Shown here one piece after another: positions 31,504-41,416 of a stretch of 64,000 nt of DNA. Position 1 is the stretch's first letter. Every line of letters starts with the position of its first letter. The notes under the pieces are model-generated. The model was given only the letters and a program-made list of their open reading frames with translations. It ran no database searches and was not told where the DNA came from. The stretch is taken from contig CAWHWX010000019.1 in the NCBI GenBank assembly GCA_963833125.1, forward strand, positions 32,001-96,000, read 5' to 3'. This DNA comes from Candidatus Bathyarchaeota archaeon (GTDB taxonomy: Archaea; Thermoproteota; Bathyarchaeia; 40CM-2-53-6). Made by a program: the position numbers and the translations under genes.

Positions 31504-32301
31504 ATGAGTCGGATGAATTCCTTATCACGAAAGAGAATCATCATCTTTGACCTTGACGGTACTCTGACGAAGAGCAAGTCAGACATCGATCATGAAATGG
31601 CTTCGTTGATTTGCGAACTGCTCGGGCTAAAGTACGTTGCAATTACCTCAGGGTGTTCTTTTCAACAGTTCAAAAGCCAATTCCTGAGTGGATTGCCAAA
31701 GAAAACGAACTTACGCAACTTACTTCTGTTTCCGACCTCTTCGTCCAGCGGTTACTATTATGACAGCAAACGACGTCGTTTCTTTCAGGCCTACACCAAT
31801 CTCCTTTCCGAACGGGATGGTCAAGAAAATACTGCGAGCTTTCACAAAGGTCTTCGAGGAAATCGGCTATTCACAACCGGTAAAGACGTACGGACCAGTT
31901 TTCGAGAACAGGGGAAGCCAAGTTACTTTTTCCGCCTTGGGTCAGAAGGCTCCTTTGCGGCTGAAACGCAAATGGGATCCAAATCAACAGAAGCGGCTGC
32001 GGTTAAGAAGACTCTTGAGGGCTCAATTGCTTAACTTCGAGATTTCGATCGGTGGAACCACTTCAATTGACATTACGAGAAAGGGGGTAAACAAGACGCT
32101 ATGCGTAAAGAAGCTGAAAGAGCGATTAGGTCTGAAACACAAAGACATGCTATTCGTCGGGGATGCCCTGTTCAGAGGCGGAAACGACTACATCATGAAG
32201 AGCACAGGTATCCAGGTGCATACTCGGTCCCTGGCCCGAGGCAAACAAAGGAACTGATAACAAGAATAATTCATGGCCGCAATTCCGTACATCCTGTCTA
32301 A
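31504..32301 (+). CDS. HAD-IIB phosphomannomutase-like hydrolase (frameshifts)
   Basis: FDLDGTLTKSKS, ENRGSQVTFSALG, IGGTTSIDIT, FVGDALFRGGND. Confidence 0.8.
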
Positions 32302-32346
32302 GATACGACGTTCGATAGGATGGAGAACGATGTTATGTGACAGCAG

Positions 32347-33615
32347 TTGCCCCAAACATTGAATCTTGGGGACTGTACTATGAAGTACCAATTTGCAGAC
32401 AGATCTGACCTGTTCTCTAGAATCCGACCACGTGTTGGTCCGCTAGGTGCGAGGGTTTTCTCTCCAGAGCCGACCGTTCGTACCCTGATCGTCTACAATC
32501 TGCTGCAGGGCTTGTATCTTGGATACATCAGGGTCTTTTGGCAGCCGTGGTTGGTTTCCCTTGGAATCTCTATTGTGACAATCGGCGTCTTGGAGAGTGG
32601 TGCGGGGAGATACGGGGCGATATCCGGTTTAATGCAAGTGGTGGGAGGGAGGTTCTCGGACCGCCGGGGACGCAGGAGGCTAATTCTTGTGGGGAGTGGT
32701 TTTCTCATCGCGTGCTGGTTGACATCCGCGAGTGCGTTCTTCATCGGTTCCCGTTGGCTCGTATATCTCGCCTATCTCCTCTGGGGTCTCAGCCTTCTCT
32801 CACTCCCCGTTATCGACGCGACGATGGCCGACTACATCAAGACGCCTGACCGCGCACGAGTGTACAGCACCATGCTCGTTGCGAACTTCATACCGGGCTC
32901 AGTAACCGGATTCCTTGCGGGACAGTACGGAGCTTCCCTGAGTCCGCAGCTTCTCCTTGTGCTCGCGGCTGGCCTCGAGACGGTAGGCTTTGCTCTGATC
33001 TTCGCCAAAGTTCGCAACAAAGGGGGAGCGAATGGGATTCAAAGAGCTTCGCTCACTCTTAGGGCCACGTGGGATGGTATCCGTCAGTTTCGTGGGTTCT
33101 TCAGTATCTTCATGATGGACGCGATAGCTTGGTCGCTCGGAACTGGAATCTTGTATGCTCTTCTCTCAACTCGGGGCTTCACCCAGTTTGAATTCGGAGC
33201 TGTAGCTCTCACGCAGCCCATCGGCGTTGTGTTGGGCACCGTTCCTGGGGGGTGGTTGACGCATCGCATAGGTGCGAAAAGGTTGCTCCTGACATCGGAA
33301 ATCCTGGGAGGGGTAATGGTATTGGGATGGGCCTTCTACCTGGTTGAGCCTATGGTTCCTCTATACGGGATCGTGTGGGGTTTCACGATTTCAACTTGGG
33401 TGCCCGCACAGTTCCACTTGTCGGCGGCCATGTTCCCAGAAGAGAGGAGGGGAGAAATGCTCGGCGCCCTAGCAACCTCAGTTTACCTCGTCCGTATCGC
33501 AGGGCCCATCGCGGCGGCCGGGTTGTATCTCGCCTTCGGCTATCCAGCCCCGATGATCGTGGGCGGCATCGCAATATTTGCTAACATCGTTTTGATCAGG
33601 AAGTTCCTGCCTTAG
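32347..33615 (+). CDS. MFS transporter
   Basis: Motif A GGRFSDRRGRRRL; about 12 TM. Confidence 0.85.
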   Translation: MPQTLNLGDCTMKYQFADRSDLFSRIRPRVGPLGARVFSPEPTVRTLIVYNLLQGLYLGYIRVFWQPWLVSLGISIVTIGVLESGAGRYGAISGLMQVVGGRFSDRRGRRRLILVGSGFLIACWLTSASAFFIGSRWLVYLAYLLWGLSLLSLPVIDATMADYIKTPDRARVYSTMLVANFIPGSVTGFLAGQYGASLSPQLLLVLAAGLETVGFALIFAKVRNKGGANGIQRASLTLRATWDGIRQFRGFFSIFMMDAIAWSLGTGILYALLSTRGFTQFEFGAVALTQPIGVVLGTVPGGWLTHRIGAKRLLLTSEILGGVMVLGWAFYLVEPMVPLYGIVWGFTISTWVPAQFHLSAAMFPEERRGEMLGALATSVYLVRIAGPIAAAGLYLAFGYPAPMIVGGIAIFANIVLIRKFLP

Positions 33616-33704
33616 AACGAAGTTCGTATTCCCAAGAGCCCTTCCTTCGATCAAACACGAAAACCAGAAATCTGCACCTTATTGTACGTACGAACGTGTG
33701 AATC

Positions 33705-34601
33705 ATGCTACATCGGTATGAGGACGGGTATGCGACTGTTTCAGGGTACAAACTGTACTACAAGATCTTCGGTCCCGATAACCCCGAGACGCTTCTATGC
33801 ATTCACGGCGGACCAGGACTAACGCACGACTACATTCTATCCATGGCAGACTTGGCTAAAGATGGTTTCAAGGTTGTATTTTATGATCAGTTAGGTTGCG
33901 GAAAGTCAGATGTGCCCAAGAACCTGAACATGTTCACTATCGAGAGGGCTGTTGAGGATCTAGAAGGGTTCAGAAGCGAGATGAACCTTGGGAAGGTGCA
34001 CTTGTTCGGCTCAAGCTACGGCGGACTCCTAGCTATTGCATACGCTCTGAAATATCAAAAGAATTTGAAATCGCTGATTAGCGCCGGCGGGCTTGCCAGT
34101 GTGCCTCATGCGACATTGTGCATGGAGGAGCTCAAGGCTCAGCTACCACGAGAGGTTCGCGAGGTCATGAGGAAGTATGAGGACGCGGGCGATTATGCGA
34201 ACCCGGAATATGTGAAGGCTGTGGATGTTTTCTACAAGAACTACTTTTGCCGACTTCCCGAATGGCCGAAGGAGGTCGTGTATTCCCTCGAACACGTAAG
34301 TCTACCCGTTTATGGGACTATGAATGGCCCAAACGAGTTCACGATAGTTGGAAACATTCGACACTGGGACGTAAGCGCTCAGCTTGGGAAGATTCGAGTT
34401 CCGACGCTGGTCACCGCGGGAAAGTTTGACGAGGTCTCTCCGAAAGAAGCGAGAAGCATACACAACGGAATAAAGGGCTCAAGGCTGGTTATCTTCCAGA
34501 AAAGCGCACACCTCACCATGTGGGAAGAACGCGACAAATACATGGAAGTCATGCGAGACTTCCTAAACAGCGTAACGAAGAAAAATCGACGGAAACCCTG
34601 A
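33705..34601 (+). CDS. Proline iminopeptidase (tricorn-interacting factor F1-like)
   Basis: HGGPG, YDQLGCGKS, GSSYGG, MNGPNEF. Confidence 0.9.
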   Translation: MLHRYEDGYATVSGYKLYYKIFGPDNPETLLCIHGGPGLTHDYILSMADLAKDGFKVVFYDQLGCGKSDVPKNLNMFTIERAVEDLEGFRSEMNLGKVHLFGSSYGGLLAIAYALKYQKNLKSLISAGGLASVPHATLCMEELKAQLPREVREVMRKYEDAGDYANPEYVKAVDVFYKNYFCRLPEWPKEVVYSLEHVSLPVYGTMNGPNEFTIVGNIRHWDVSAQLGKIRVPTLVTAGKFDEVSPKEARSIHNGIKGSRLVIFQKSAHLTMWEERDKYMEVMRDFLNSVTKKNRRKP

Positions 34602-34899
34602 GATTTCGAAGACAGCGGATAAGGGATGCTCAGGCGTGGAGTTCAGATGAGTACCTTTTGACGCGAACGAATGGATTAGGGTAACGACTTTGAGCGGAAG
34701 GCCTTACTCAGATAGAATATCGAGAGAATATTCAGCTAACCTCTGATTATTTTCGTTAAGAGAGCCTTAATAGACACGGCTGCGTGGTTACTGGTGAGTT
34801 AGGTATACGGGCTGAAGCGAACGTCCTACCGTAATCATCCGTGTCGGCGTCCTATTTCTCCCGAGAAACTAGCTGAACCAAACTAACGAGGTGAAACGC

Positions 34900-35106
34900 A
34901 TGAGCTTTGAACGTTCGATGAACAAGCCAGTTGAGGAAGGCAAGGAATACGAACTCGAGATCAAAGAGACTAGCCGTCGCGGTGACGGAGTCGCAAGGAT
35001 CGAGGGTTTCGTAGTTTTCGTCCCCCAATCCAAACCTGGCGATAAGGTTAAGGTCAAAATTAATTCTGTTGGACCAAGATTCGCAACCGGCGAAATAGTC
35101 CCATAG
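34900..35106 (+). CDS. Single-TRAM-domain RNA-binding protein
   Basis: KPVEEGKEYELEI, GDGVARIEGFVVFVP; SD GAGGTGA before ATG 34900. Confidence 0.9.
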   Translation: MSFERSMNKPVEEGKEYELEIKETSRRGDGVARIEGFVVFVPQSKPGDKVKVKINSVGPRFATGEIVP

Positions 35107-35112
35107 AAACCT

Positions 35113-35130
35113 GGGAGTTTTTTTTCTCCC
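35113..35130 (+). terminator. T8 tract within a GGGAG/CTCCC hairpin after the TRAM gene
   Basis: GGGAG TTTTTTTT CTCCC just downstream of the stop codon. Confidence 0.5.
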
Positions 35131-35219
35131 ATACCCTATTTCTCTAAACCTGAGTATTACTGCTGACTAACGACAGAAACGTTAGAATTGTTTGATTCAG
35201 ATTTCGAAGAGAATGCCAG

Positions 35220-35915
35220 TCAGTTCATTTCAGTGGCCGCCAAAAACCTACTCAAGTATTCGCTGAGCAAACTTCGGTACTCCTCTGGGGTTATGTCTTC
35301 CTTCAAATTGATCATCGTGTTCAGAAAGTACTCGTACTGTGTCGAAATTTCTGGCGGTGCGAGGTGGAGGAATTTTTCATTCAGCGTCTCAGCTCTTCCA
35401 TCTATATCTTCTATCTCGTGCCTCGTCATTTGGCTGATTGCGCGGGCGTTGTTTGCCATTATCGAAGCGTTAAGCCACCGGTCTTTGATCGGATCACCGG
35501 TTTCGACGAGTTCGTCCTTGATCCAATCCTGAAGGAAACGGGTGAGTTGATCTTCGGAAACCAACCCATCCCGGATTACATTCACGGCAATGTCGTCCGC
35601 GTACAGGTCTTCAATATTGTTCACGAGCTCCCCAACGATTTTCTGCTGATAGTCGTAGCGTATCGCGTCTCCGAGACTGCCGATTACGGAATCAATGATG
35701 AGCGCATCATGTGACGGATGGTTTGTTCGCATACGGTAAATGTGCGACATTTCATGAACTAGCAACCCTTCCAGCATGCCAGAATCTATAGCGTTCCCGG
35801 AAACGGTTATCCTAAATTTCTTGCCTTGAGGTTTTGTATAACCCATGAACGGGAGCGTCGGATCTATGGTAACGTCCACTCCGTCTCCTATCTCAAAACC
35901 GTGTTGGGCCATCAT
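35220..35915 (-). CDS. HEXXH-motif hypothetical protein (DUF5781-like)
   Basis: LPFMGYT, LLVHEMSHIYRM. Confidence 0.7.
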   Translation of the reverse strand: MMAQHGFEIGDGVDVTIDPTLPFMGYTKPQGKKFRITVSGNAIDSGMLEGLLVHEMSHIYRMRTNHPSHDALIIDSVIGSLGDAIRYDYQQKIVGELVNNIEDLYADDIAVNVIRDGLVSEDQLTRFLQDWIKDELVETGDPIKDRWLNASIMANNARAISQMTRHEIEDIDGRAETLNEKFLHLAPPEISTQYEYFLNTMINLKEDITPEEYRSLLSEYLSRFLAATEMN

Positions 35916-36005
35916 CTCGAGGCTTCGCCGAACGCTTCCGCGACCTGTTGCTTCGCAGTTTCGCTAATTGTCCGTTTTTGAGAGTCCACTTTCATTTATG
36001 ACGGT

Positions 36006-36725
36006 TCACTGATCTTGGTTTGTGAATTCCATTAGTCCGTCTCTGAACTTGATGCTTGCGTGACTGCCGTTGCAAAACGGCATGTTGCTTGAGGCCCCAC
36101 AGCGGCAGAGCGTTACTCGGTTCCTCACTTCATAGGGTGTGCCGTTCTCTGATTCGATCCTTATGCCTCCTCGAACCCAAAGCGGGCCGCTGCAACCGAG
36201 TGCTGGATCTTCAACCACGCCGATGGAAGGGGGCAGCTTATGCTCAATCTCCTTACCTGTCTTCTTATCGTGTAAGACCAGTCGTCCCGCTGGGCAATGA
36301 TTCGCCTCCCTTATGACTAGCTCACGTGCCTCCGGATTGTCAGTTTGTCCAATCAGGCCCCAAATCTTGCCTCCAGGATCGCAGAATCGCGCGAAGGCAC
36401 AGAGTTGTTCAGCGTCGTCTAGAGTCATTGTTGGCCCGTCAAAAGTTTCTGATTGTCTTGCCAGGGGCGTTCGACTCGCTGTCTCTTTTCCGTGGAATCT
36501 AATTTTCTTATGAGTGCCATCACAGAACGGTTTGGTTTTTGAGCGCCCGCAACGACAGAGGCTGTATTCGGATTTTGTTTCGAAGGTCTTACCCTGCTTC
36601 CAGTCCCACGAGAAATCCTCCTCATTCGGTGTAATTATCTGTGTAGAGAGGGGAATGTTCCCTGAGACGAGATAGGGTCCATCCTCGGACACCAATATCT
36701 TTTTTCCGTCAGACAAACCGTTCAT
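36006..36725 (-). CDS. CDGSH iron-sulfur domain protein (two CDGSH plus a central domain)
   Basis: LCRCGRSKTKPFCDGTH and LCRCGASSNMPFCNGSH. Confidence 0.9.
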   Translation of the reverse strand: MNGLSDGKKILVSEDGPYLVSGNIPLSTQIITPNEEDFSWDWKQGKTFETKSEYSLCRCGRSKTKPFCDGTHKKIRFHGKETASRTPLARQSETFDGPTMTLDDAEQLCAFARFCDPGGKIWGLIGQTDNPEARELVIREANHCPAGRLVLHDKKTGKEIEHKLPPSIGVVEDPALGCSGPLWVRGGIRIESENGTPYEVRNRVTLCRCGASSNMPFCNGSHASIKFRDGLMEFTNQDQ

Positions 36726-36931
36726 CTATTCTCCGGAAATGATCGCGTTTTAAGAAGTTGCCGCCTGCATACAGATATGCTGTCAACACAGATGAAAACC
36801 GCGTTCAGGCTGGAAGAATGGGTGGTTCAGAATGCGAAGACTCGCACAGTTTCCATCGATCCGATCAACGCCACAACCAGTGAAAGCCTGAGTCAGGTCA
36901 GGAAATTGAGTCGAGTTGGTTCAGTTAGTGT

Positions 36932-37282
36932 CTAATGGAGACTCTGAAGGATTTGAGGTGCAAAGATAATGAGCGCAAGTAAACCTACCGCGAGTCCCGT
37001 GAAAAATCCGGCTATGTGACGAAACGGTTGATGTGCCACGAAACCAATAACGGTCGCAGGCAAACCTGTGGATACAAAGTAGTCAGCTAAAGGTACAAGC
37101 AAAGACAACAGCACGATCCATAGCATGTACTGATGAATCTTCGACGCAACATTCGCTAGGTCGGGGCTAACGCTGTTAGCTCGACCGAGCCCGATTATGC
37201 CGATGACAAAACCGACAACTAAACCAATCACCGTTGCCGTAGAGACCTTCATTACCACAACATTTCCTCTCCGTCTCGCCAC
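36932..37282 (-). CDS. Small membrane protein
   Basis: 116 aa with three or more hydrophobic helices. Confidence 0.6.
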   Translation of the reverse strand: MARRRGNVVVMKVSTATVIGLVVGFVIGIIGLGRANSVSPDLANVASKIHQYMLWIVLLSLLVPLADYFVSTGLPATVIGFVAHQPFRHIAGFFTGLAVGLLALIIFAPQILQSLH

Positions 37283-37499
37283 GTAGTCCTCTTGTTATCT
37301 TAAGGCTTGTTCTACCAATTCGACTCGACCGGCTAGATGTTTCGAAACAACACTCAGGTGATGTGACCTCTCTCTGAAGCAACGGCATACGAATGTTAAA
37401 GATCGATTCGACGATCAGTTTCGCAGGATTCCTGGGTCGCTCACACTTTAATGGCCGTTCATCGTTAAAGGGGATGGATTACGGGAAGCAACCGGACAA

Positions 37500-37778
37500 T
37501 CACTCGGTGCGACGCCTAGCCCAGCGGGCGATGCCGATGATCGCTGCCACTATGCCAATCAATAGTAGTACACCTATGGCAGCTGACCCGACTATCGCGA
37601 TGATAGCCGGTACGATGACACCAAACATCCAGAATGGAATTATGACCCCCAGACCAATACGCCTGAACAAAGCTATCCCAATACCTACGCCAGGTACGAT
37701 AGAGTCCGATCCAATCATTATCAAAGGCGCAAGGTACAAACCAAATTTGTCTACAACAAGGTCGAAGCCGAATATCAA
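37500..37778 (-). CDS. Small membrane protein (start uncertain)
   Basis: Hydrophobic G/I-rich ORF with basic C-terminal tail. Confidence 0.45.
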   Translation of the reverse strand: MIFGFDLVVDKFGLYLAPLIMIGSDSIVPGVGIGIALFRRIGLGVIIPFWMFGVIVPAIIAIVGSAAIGVLLLIGIVAAIIGIARWARRRTE

Positions 37779-38198
37779 CCCGATAACAAAGTACCAGTCA
37801 AGGCCAGCAAAGTTCCATCCGCCAACCCCTTGTGTTCATTATCTCTGCCTGGAGCACCCTGGCCAGAAATGCCGTCCGCGGCTACACCAACAGTAACCGA
37901 AACCCATCCTCTATCGCCAAACTCCCACATGTCAGACGCCCTCCATTACTAATCCGAACGGTATGACATGAGGAGCAATTAAGCCCCACGTACTCTTTGT
38001 AGCCACATGCGCCTGTTCATCTACTTGATTTTCTTAAACCCGAAAATGCTCTGGCTATTCTAGTTAAGAAAGAGGCAACAAACGATAGAACCCAAAGGGC
38101 TAGTCCGAAGATCAGATCGGAAAGTGATTCGACACTGATCTTGATTCTCGGCGTCTCGTTGTTTTCCACTTAAGGCAACTCGTTGTATTCTACGCTTT

Positions 38199-38882
38199 TC
38201 AGTCAGGTATCACGACAGGTTTTCGGTGTTGCGCTTTGTAAGAGATTATCCTTGCCGAGGCGGAGAAGATGACTATCGTAATTGCTGTTATGACCAGGGG
38301 ATTTGGGATCCATCGCACAAGTCCTTCGTATGAAGCCCAGAATACCAATGCTCCTACTAGGAGCCCTACCCCAGTACCTACCATAGCTGTGGAGACTTTC
38401 ACGTCGAGCAAGTAGGCTATCACGATCGTGACCCACCAGCCAATGAGGAAAGTGGAGACAGCGATGACGCCGATTATTCCAAATGCACCCGCGTGGGTGA
38501 CTAGGTAGGTGGATATGGGACCGTACTGTTTCCTTATCCGCGCTAGATGGGGCGCTACACGCTCATATTGATCAATTGAATGTAAGATTCTTAGGCCGGC
38601 GTAAGTCGTGAAGGCGAGAATCGGTACGACGAGTCCGATTGATACGTAGCTTGGAAGTCCTAATCTTGTTCCGAGGGCGATGGCGAAACCAAAACCGCCT
38701 AACAGTGCTAGGATTATGAATTGGGAAGGCCATGCGCTCAGGAGACCTCCAACAATAGCCCCGATTAAGAAGGTGAGTCCAATCGTGAGTAACGGATAGG
38801 CGTTCAGGAATCTGCGCAACGAACTGATTTCAGTAAAAAACGTCGAGTAAAACTGTTGCCTAGCGCTTCTAGCTCTCTCCAT
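38199..38882 (-). CDS. Multi-pass membrane protein
   Basis: 227 aa, six or more TM helices. Confidence 0.65.
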   Translation of the reverse strand: MERARSARQQFYSTFFTEISSLRRFLNAYPLLTIGLTFLIGAIVGGLLSAWPSQFIILALLGGFGFAIALGTRLGLPSYVSIGLVVPILAFTTYAGLRILHSIDQYERVAPHLARIRKQYGPISTYLVTHAGAFGIIGVIAVSTFLIGWWVTIVIAYLLDVKVSTAMVGTGVGLLVGALVFWASYEGLVRWIPNPLVITAITIVIFSASARIISYKAQHRKPVVIPD

Positions 38883-39164
38883 GACACAGAGGCCTCTTTC
38901 ATCTCGCTTATGGCGATTCTTGATTTAAGTCACTACTTACAATTCTTCTTGATTTTCTCCCTCCTTTCCAATTACAATTAACTACAAACGACACGGCGCT
39001 TTTTAATAGAAGAAGGAATTGACGGTACACTGATGATCTTCCCGCTTGGGTTAAAATTCGTTTGAGATTAACGTAACCACCTTATGTCGGTCATTGGTCT
39101 GATAGTGATTGGAGCAGGTGTAATGTCAGTTGACTCTTTCCTTGAATTCTAGGGAGCGAAACAA

Positions 39165-39587
39165 TTGAGCCACGTTGCTATGAATGATTTGGAGCTTCGA
39201 GAGTTCCTCTCTCAACCCTTGATCGCTGATATCGTAACCCTGAAAAAGGATGGTTCTCCGCAGATCACGCCAGTCGATTATTATTTCGACGGTACCTACC
39301 TCTATTTCTCAACCACTACTGACCGGGCGAAAGGTAGGAATGTAAAACGTGACAACAGAATCGCCGTCTCCATCCGAAACGAGAACGCTCACAAAGTGGT
39401 ACTCTTCGCAGGCACCGCCGACATTTTGGATGACAAGGACCATGCTCTGATTCGTAGTATCGTTGCTAGATACTGGCCGTCAGACAAGGTCGACGGAATT
39501 CTAAGCGGTCTGGAGGCCAACCGAATCATACTCCGAATGAAGCCAACCAAGACGATTAGCTGGGACTACAGCAAGTCAGGGAACTAG
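39165..39587 (+). CDS. PPOX-class (F420/FMN-binding split barrel) protein
   Basis: TLKKDGSPQITPV, RAKGRNVKRDNRIAV, ISWDY. Confidence 0.85.
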   Translation: MSHVAMNDLELREFLSQPLIADIVTLKKDGSPQITPVDYYFDGTYLYFSTTTDRAKGRNVKRDNRIAVSIRNENAHKVVLFAGTADILDDKDHALIRSIVARYWPSDKVDGILSGLEANRIILRMKPTKTISWDYSKSGN

Positions 39588-39677
39588 CAGATCATGGTCT
39601 CCGACGGATAGCTCGCGAGCAAGCTTCTTCTTGAAAGGGACGGATTAACAGCAATCTTCCTGATTCACAATCTGTGA

Positions 39678-40112
39678 TTGGGTGAATTTGATTTGCCAAA
39701 GAAATTTAGTCTCAAGCGTGACATTCCGGAGGAGCATTCTTGGGTGCTGCAGCAGCTCTCAAGCAACGCGCTGACACTTGCGGGGTTTTCATTCGCCTCT
39801 TTAGTGTTCATGATTGGTCTTCTTGGAAACTCCTTTCCGGTGTCGGCGGAGGTCGGTCTCCTGCTTTGCACAATCACTTTCGCTACTGCGGGAGAAATGG
39901 CGAGGACCTCATATAGTTTAGAGGAGTATATCGTTTCGGAAAGCGTATATTTCATCTCACTGATCTTGCTCTTTTACAACTTCATAACGCTAACCTACGA
40001 GTCGCTTCACGGCTGGGGAGTCATTCCCATCGTCGCCGCAATTGTCGGTCTTGTCTATGTTATCTGGAGAACGTTCGCTAACTTCAGGCTACTGAGAAGA
40101 ACTGGACCTTGA
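39678..40112 (+). CDS. Four-TM hypothetical membrane protein
   Basis: Four hydrophobic segments. Confidence 0.55.
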   Translation: MGEFDLPKKFSLKRDIPEEHSWVLQQLSSNALTLAGFSFASLVFMIGLLGNSFPVSAEVGLLLCTITFATAGEMARTSYSLEEYIVSESVYFISLILLFYNFITLTYESLHGWGVIPIVAAIVGLVYVIWRTFANFRLLRRTGP

Positions 40113-40245
40113 TAAGAATTGCAAACGCTAATGTGATAGCCGGCAGAAGTCCAATCAACAGTTCACATAATGCTGCCATCGCGCAGCACCAGCTATACAC
40201 ACGCTTTCTTGACCGCGACCGACGACGAGGCGCCACGAACCGAAA

Positions 40246-40668
40246 TTAAGGGGAAGACGGTTGTTTGGATGGGAGTTGTGTGAATTGCCAGAGCCCGACT
40301 AAGTTGCCTTCTGTATCCCGGAAGTAGGCGGCGAAGCCGAAGTTTCCCACGGGCGTTCTTGGTTGGATGATTTTGCCTCCGTTCTGCTCGATAGTTGTCG
40401 CTGCTTCGTCAATGTTCTTCACGCTGATGTAGATGACGGGGGACTTGACTGTGTCATGTCGCTCCACCATGCCACCGTTTATGGCGCCTGGTTCCTTTGG
40501 GGTTCCTAGTACTCCGAGCTTATCAGCCTCAACGGTTCCGATTTGTGTGTAATGCATCGATGGAATCTCGTTCATCTTCCAGTCAAAGACTGTACCGTAG
40601 AATTTCCTTGCTCGCGCGAGGTTGTCGGCGGGTATTTCGAAGAATATTACCTTGTCCAAATTCCTCAC
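40246..40668 (-). CDS. VOC-family (glyoxalase/bleomycin resistance) protein
   Basis: FFEIPADNLARARKFY, GAINGG, YFRDTEGNLVGLW. Confidence 0.9.
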   Translation of the reverse strand: MRNLDKVIFFEIPADNLARARKFYGTVFDWKMNEIPSMHYTQIGTVEADKLGVLGTPKEPGAINGGMVERHDTVKSPVIYISVKNIDEAATTIEQNGGKIIQPRTPVGNFGFAAYFRDTEGNLVGLWQFTQLPSKQPSSP

Positions 40669-40918
40669 CTCCGACCGCTCTACTCAGATTAGTACAAAAG
40701 TGTTAGTCGCTCCGAAGCCGGAGGGAAGAGGATAAGGCCTCCGATGGGCTCTCGGCAAAAGAACGTAAGGTAGGGCCATCGATTTCTCCATGGTCAGGGT
40801 TCAACTCTGTAATCGTTAGGCTCACCCAATTTCGCGCCTGCAGGAACACTCGAAGACTTGCCATGAACTGATCGAATCGAAGGCCCCTGTTGCGACGGCG
40901 GTTGTGGGTGGACGGGGT

Positions 40919-41383
40919 TTAGTGTTGTTTGGTTTCCTCCAGTCTGAAGTTGCGTATTGCGAGGCGAACTAGATCGCTTCTCCTTACAGAGTAGGTTTTC
41001 GCCATTTCATTCAACTTGATGATGAGGGAGTCGTTGATGGCAAGTTTGACCTTATGTTTCTTGCATGTCCCGAAAACTGATGGGTTGGGAGAACCGAACA
41101 GGTGCTCCAATGCTATGTTGACGATGCTGCTTAAGGGGAAACCGCCGTAAGACTGGGTCAGGTCCCGCAATTCACCGAGCTCATATTCGCAGAACCGCAA
41201 GGCAACTCTCGGTTTAGGCGGATTAGTCAACCCGAACCAAACACCCCCGGTGCCCTTCCTGAAGCGTTCTGACAATACCCTGACGTGTTCAGTCAGGATG
41301 GGGGAGTCCGAAGTGAATTCAATCCGCCTAACAACGAGCCCTACAAGGCTACCACGAACGCCCGATGGCACAAAAGTACCCAC
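40919..41383 (-). CDS. Tandem ribbon-helix-helix-like DNA-binding protein
   Basis: LSSIVNIALE and RRSDLVRLAIR helices each preceded by a beta-like segment. Confidence 0.5.
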   Translation of the reverse strand: MGTFVPSGVRGSLVGLVVRRIEFTSDSPILTEHVRVLSERFRKGTGGVWFGLTNPPKPRVALRFCEYELGELRDLTQSYGGFPLSSIVNIALEHLFGSPNPSVFGTCKKHKVKLAINDSLIIKLNEMAKTYSVRRSDLVRLAIRNFRLEETKQH

Positions 41384-41416
41384 CCCCAGGGGGTATCCGC
41401 ATCAAGCATGTGCATT

